Positions 61,505 to 64,000 of a stretch of DNA of 64,000 bases are shown here, in pieces. Every line of letters starts with the position of its first letter. Within the stretch, counting starts at the first letter, position 1. Location: contig NW_003314311.1 of assembly GCF_000143415.4 (NCBI RefSeq), forward strand, positions 292,181 to 356,180, in the 5' to 3' direction. Under the pieces are notes generated by a model. That model made no database searches. It was not told where the DNA came from and worked only from the letters and a program-made list of their open reading frames with translations. Made by a program: the position numbers and the translations under genes. Source of the DNA: Selaginella moellendorffii (Eukaryota; Plantae; Lycopodiophyta).

Positions 61505-62746
61505 TTAAAAACTAGGGTTTGGTTGGAATGGAAAAACACAGCCATCGATTCTACAGCTAAAGTCGTCGGTTGGAAGCCATCGCCAAGCTCCACTGCCCAG
61601 CTCATGGACAAGAACTCTAGATTTCCACCCCCAATCCATCACGAGATAGACAAGATCCTCGCTGCCCACAGCGCGAATGTGGAGCCAGCAATCGTAAGCG
61701 GAACTACTCTTATGAATTGCTCTGCAAATCTCCATTCCCAGCTCCTCGGGCATGGATCGCAGCTCGATCCAGCCCCGGGAGCTCGGATCCAGCTCCCAGA
61801 TCTGCAGTCCAAAGATCGCGGTCGACTCGCGCAAGACGAGAAGTAGCAATCTTTCTCTAGAAACTAGGAGATTTGGATGAACCTGGGCCGTGAATCGGCG
61901 CTGGTTGGAAGCCGTGATCGCGGCGTTCTGCCAGGAGATGGAATCCGGGAAGAAACCGTGGACGATCCGCCAAAGATTGTCCTGGATGTCGAATTGAGCG
62001 AGGATTTGAGGCGTGGAGCTCACCCCCCAGATGCAAAAGAGACCACTCCCATCCCCGCGTAGCGCCGAGCACAGCAAGCTCAAAAATCCTCGCCCAGTGA
62101 TCGCATCCACGCTCGCCACTGATCTTCTCGCCTTGGATAGTTTGGCATCTGCTAGATCGAACAGGCAAACACCCCAGCTGGATCCCCACAGAGAAATCGG
62201 TCCCGCCAAGACGATCCCATAGCCACCATCGCTCTTCTTCCACATTGCGAGAGCCTCAATGGAAGAAAACCCCTCATCGACCGACAAAATGCGCCGCGCG
62301 GTACCGCGGAGTGACGCAGGCGTCAAGGGGTCGAATACCGCCAGCGTGGGGGGCTTTGTGGACGACGCGTTGTAGACGCAGCACAGTAGCCCGTGTGCGC
62401 TGGCGGCGAGACAGGGACCGGTCCACCGCGACTGGCATTTCTTTCCAAGAAAGCCCGAGACAGAGCCCAGAGAGAACCACTGACGGCATGCCGCGCTGTA
62501 CGCCGCCAGCTGCTCTTTCGCACCGCTGGGCCTCTCCTGCCCACGTTTGTGCAGCACGAGCCAGGCTGTTTCACGCGACGCCGACGCTCGCCGAATGAAC
62601 GGCACGGCGGTAAGCTCCCGCCACGCACGGCATACCGCACTGCACCGCGCGACGTCGCGCAACGGTAGCCGCGACAGGATGAGTACCGTCACGTCACTGG
62701 CGATACCGTGGCTGCACTCTTCTTTCTTGATCTCCTTACCAACCAT
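61505..62746 (-). CDS. F-box protein, intronless (kelch/FBA-like C-terminus)
   Basis: IASDVTVLILSRLPLRDVARCSAVCRAWREL F-box; AASAHGLLC; C-terminal FPFQPNPSF. First ATG at 62746. Confidence 0.85.
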   Translation of the reverse strand: MVGKEIKKEECSHGIASDVTVLILSRLPLRDVARCSAVCRAWRELTAVPFIRRASASRETAWLVLHKRGQERPSGAKEQLAAYSAACRQWFSLGSVSGFLGKKCQSRWTGPCLAASAHGLLCCVYNASSTKPPTLAVFDPLTPASLRGTARRILSVDEGFSSIEALAMWKKSDGGYGIVLAGPISLWGSSWGVCLFDLADAKLSKARRSVASVDAITGRGFLSLLCSALRGDGSGLFCIWGVSSTPQILAQFDIQDNLWRIVHGFFPDSISWQNAAITASNQRRFTAQVHPNLLVSRERLLLLVLRESTAIFGLQIWELDPSSRGWIELRSMPEELGMEICRAIHKSSSAYDCWLHIRAVGSEDLVYLVMDWGWKSRVLVHELGSGAWRWLPTDDFSCRIDGCVFPFQPNPSF

Positions 62747-63069
62747 CGCGACCGTTGAAAAAGGCCGAATATTCTCCGCCACCAAGAGAACACTGCCGTT
62801 AAAGCCAATCTAGCTGGACGAATCCAGACCCGCCACGTGGTATCCTTCCATGTGTTGCGGACCAACGCTATTCATCAAGTCTCCAATACACTGCCCGTTG
62901 GAAAAGAAGTGCGCTCTCCTCTCATTAGCATTTTAGCTCTCATCGCTTCGCGGTTAGAGATCTTCCAGGAAGATTTTCTAATCCTCTCATTCGGTTCTTT
63001 CGATTCGAGAGCTTAGATCTGTATCAAACGAACGAGAAAAAGATCGGAGAAAAGGAACGCTTTCGAGCG

Positions 63070-64000
63070 ATGGCTGCTGCTGCGATTGAAAATGGAAGTA
63101 CCTTAAGCTCTAGAAGTCCTTTCAAGGAGTGGAATGCCCAGAACGAGGAGGTATTCTCGATTCGCTCCAGGATGCTCACGCCCTCCAATCGAAAGAAGTT
63201 CCAGAATGAAACGGCCTTGGAAAATGTACGTTGGCTTCCTTGCTTTCGTTCTTGATCCATGTTTTTCTTGCTGAAATCTTTTGTCTGTGAAGAACCAAGT
63301 AAGCTGCCAAATCTCCAAGCTGCAGGAAGGCTTGCAATCTGTTACCTCTTCACTGTCGCTCTTGAGTGACACCATTGGCAGCGCGCTTGCGGTAAGTTTA
63401 CCATCGAGGTTTTGAGTTCCTCAAGTGAAGAACTTCGTTTCGTTGGAACAACAGGAGTCATTCACTCTGATCGAATCGGATCCAAACTGTTATGCTGCAT
63501 CACCACAGAGATCACCACAGAGAAGTGAGTCATCAGATCAAAATTCTGACTGCATCACTTACAGCTCCTCGCAAAAGTCTCCGTCGTCTTCATCAACTGG
63601 AACAGAGGAGAGTCCAAAGTTTCAGCTCAAGCCTTCCAGCGATGTAAGCAGCTTTCGGTTGTGTAGTCTCCGGCTGACGCTAACGTCTGATCAAACAGCT
63701 CGCGATGTCTATGGCCGCCAAAGCCAAACTTCTACTCCGCGAGCTCAAGACCGTGAGAGCGGAGCTTTGCTTCATGAGAAACCGGACGTCACAACTAGAA
63801 GAAGAGAACAGAAAAATGCGCGGCAGTATGAGCAAAGGAAATGCACCCGAGGAAGATGATCTGGTAAGCAAAAGAAATTCTGAGAAAACTCGAACCTTGA
63901 ATATTTTTCTTGTTACAGGTGAGAAGGCAGCTGGAGACCCTCCTGGCCGAAAAAGCTCGGCTTGTACAAGAAAACGCTACATACAAACGGGAGAACCAGT
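63070..64000 (+). CDS. Conserved uncharacterised plant coiled-coil protein, multi-exon, runs off the window end
   Basis: AMSMAAKAKLLLRELKTVRAELCF...QLEEENRK...DDL|VRRQLETLLAEKARLVQEN, a motif I recall from a conserved land-plant coiled-coil family; canonical short introns. Confidence 0.75.

Overview
Eukaryotic land-plant DNA. Very short GT-AG introns, a chromovirus, a CVNH lectin gene and F-box genes suggest a lycophyte such as Selaginella (inference, not verified). (1) 1-14857 is a decayed, rearranged repeat block with several fold-back inverted duplications. Its start (1-5883) is duplicated at 13684-14857 plus 49780-54761. (2) 14858-49779 is a ~35-kb LTR-retrotransposon array flanked by one CAAAT TSD, and the empty site is visible at 1170-1174. 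It holds two non-autonomous units (one carrying a Cassandra-type 5S TRIM) and a Ty3/Gypsy chromovirus, all sharing LTRs. (3) The chromovirus integrase is split by a 13.3-kb TIR DNA transposon (30894-44162; 24-bp TIRs, GACC TSD), the most unusual object here. It encodes a Sola-like DDD transposase and, divergently, a ~10-exon cargo gene whose domains read as ParB/DGQHR-like, degenerate N6/N4-methyltransferase fold, acidic linker and FCP1-like HAD phosphatase. About 25 copies of a fixed-spacing palindrome (ATGGCRTG-N6-CAYGCCAT) are scattered through its introns, exons and intergenic DNA and were not seen outside it. This suggests an element-specific ParB/parS-like or VANC-like self-recognition system (hypothesis). 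(4) 54.7-64 kb holds host genes: two F-box genes, a cyanovirin-N homolog, a METTL23-like gene, a conserved plant coiled-coil gene and two unassigned spliced genes. All domain assignments are motif reading by eye, not database hits.
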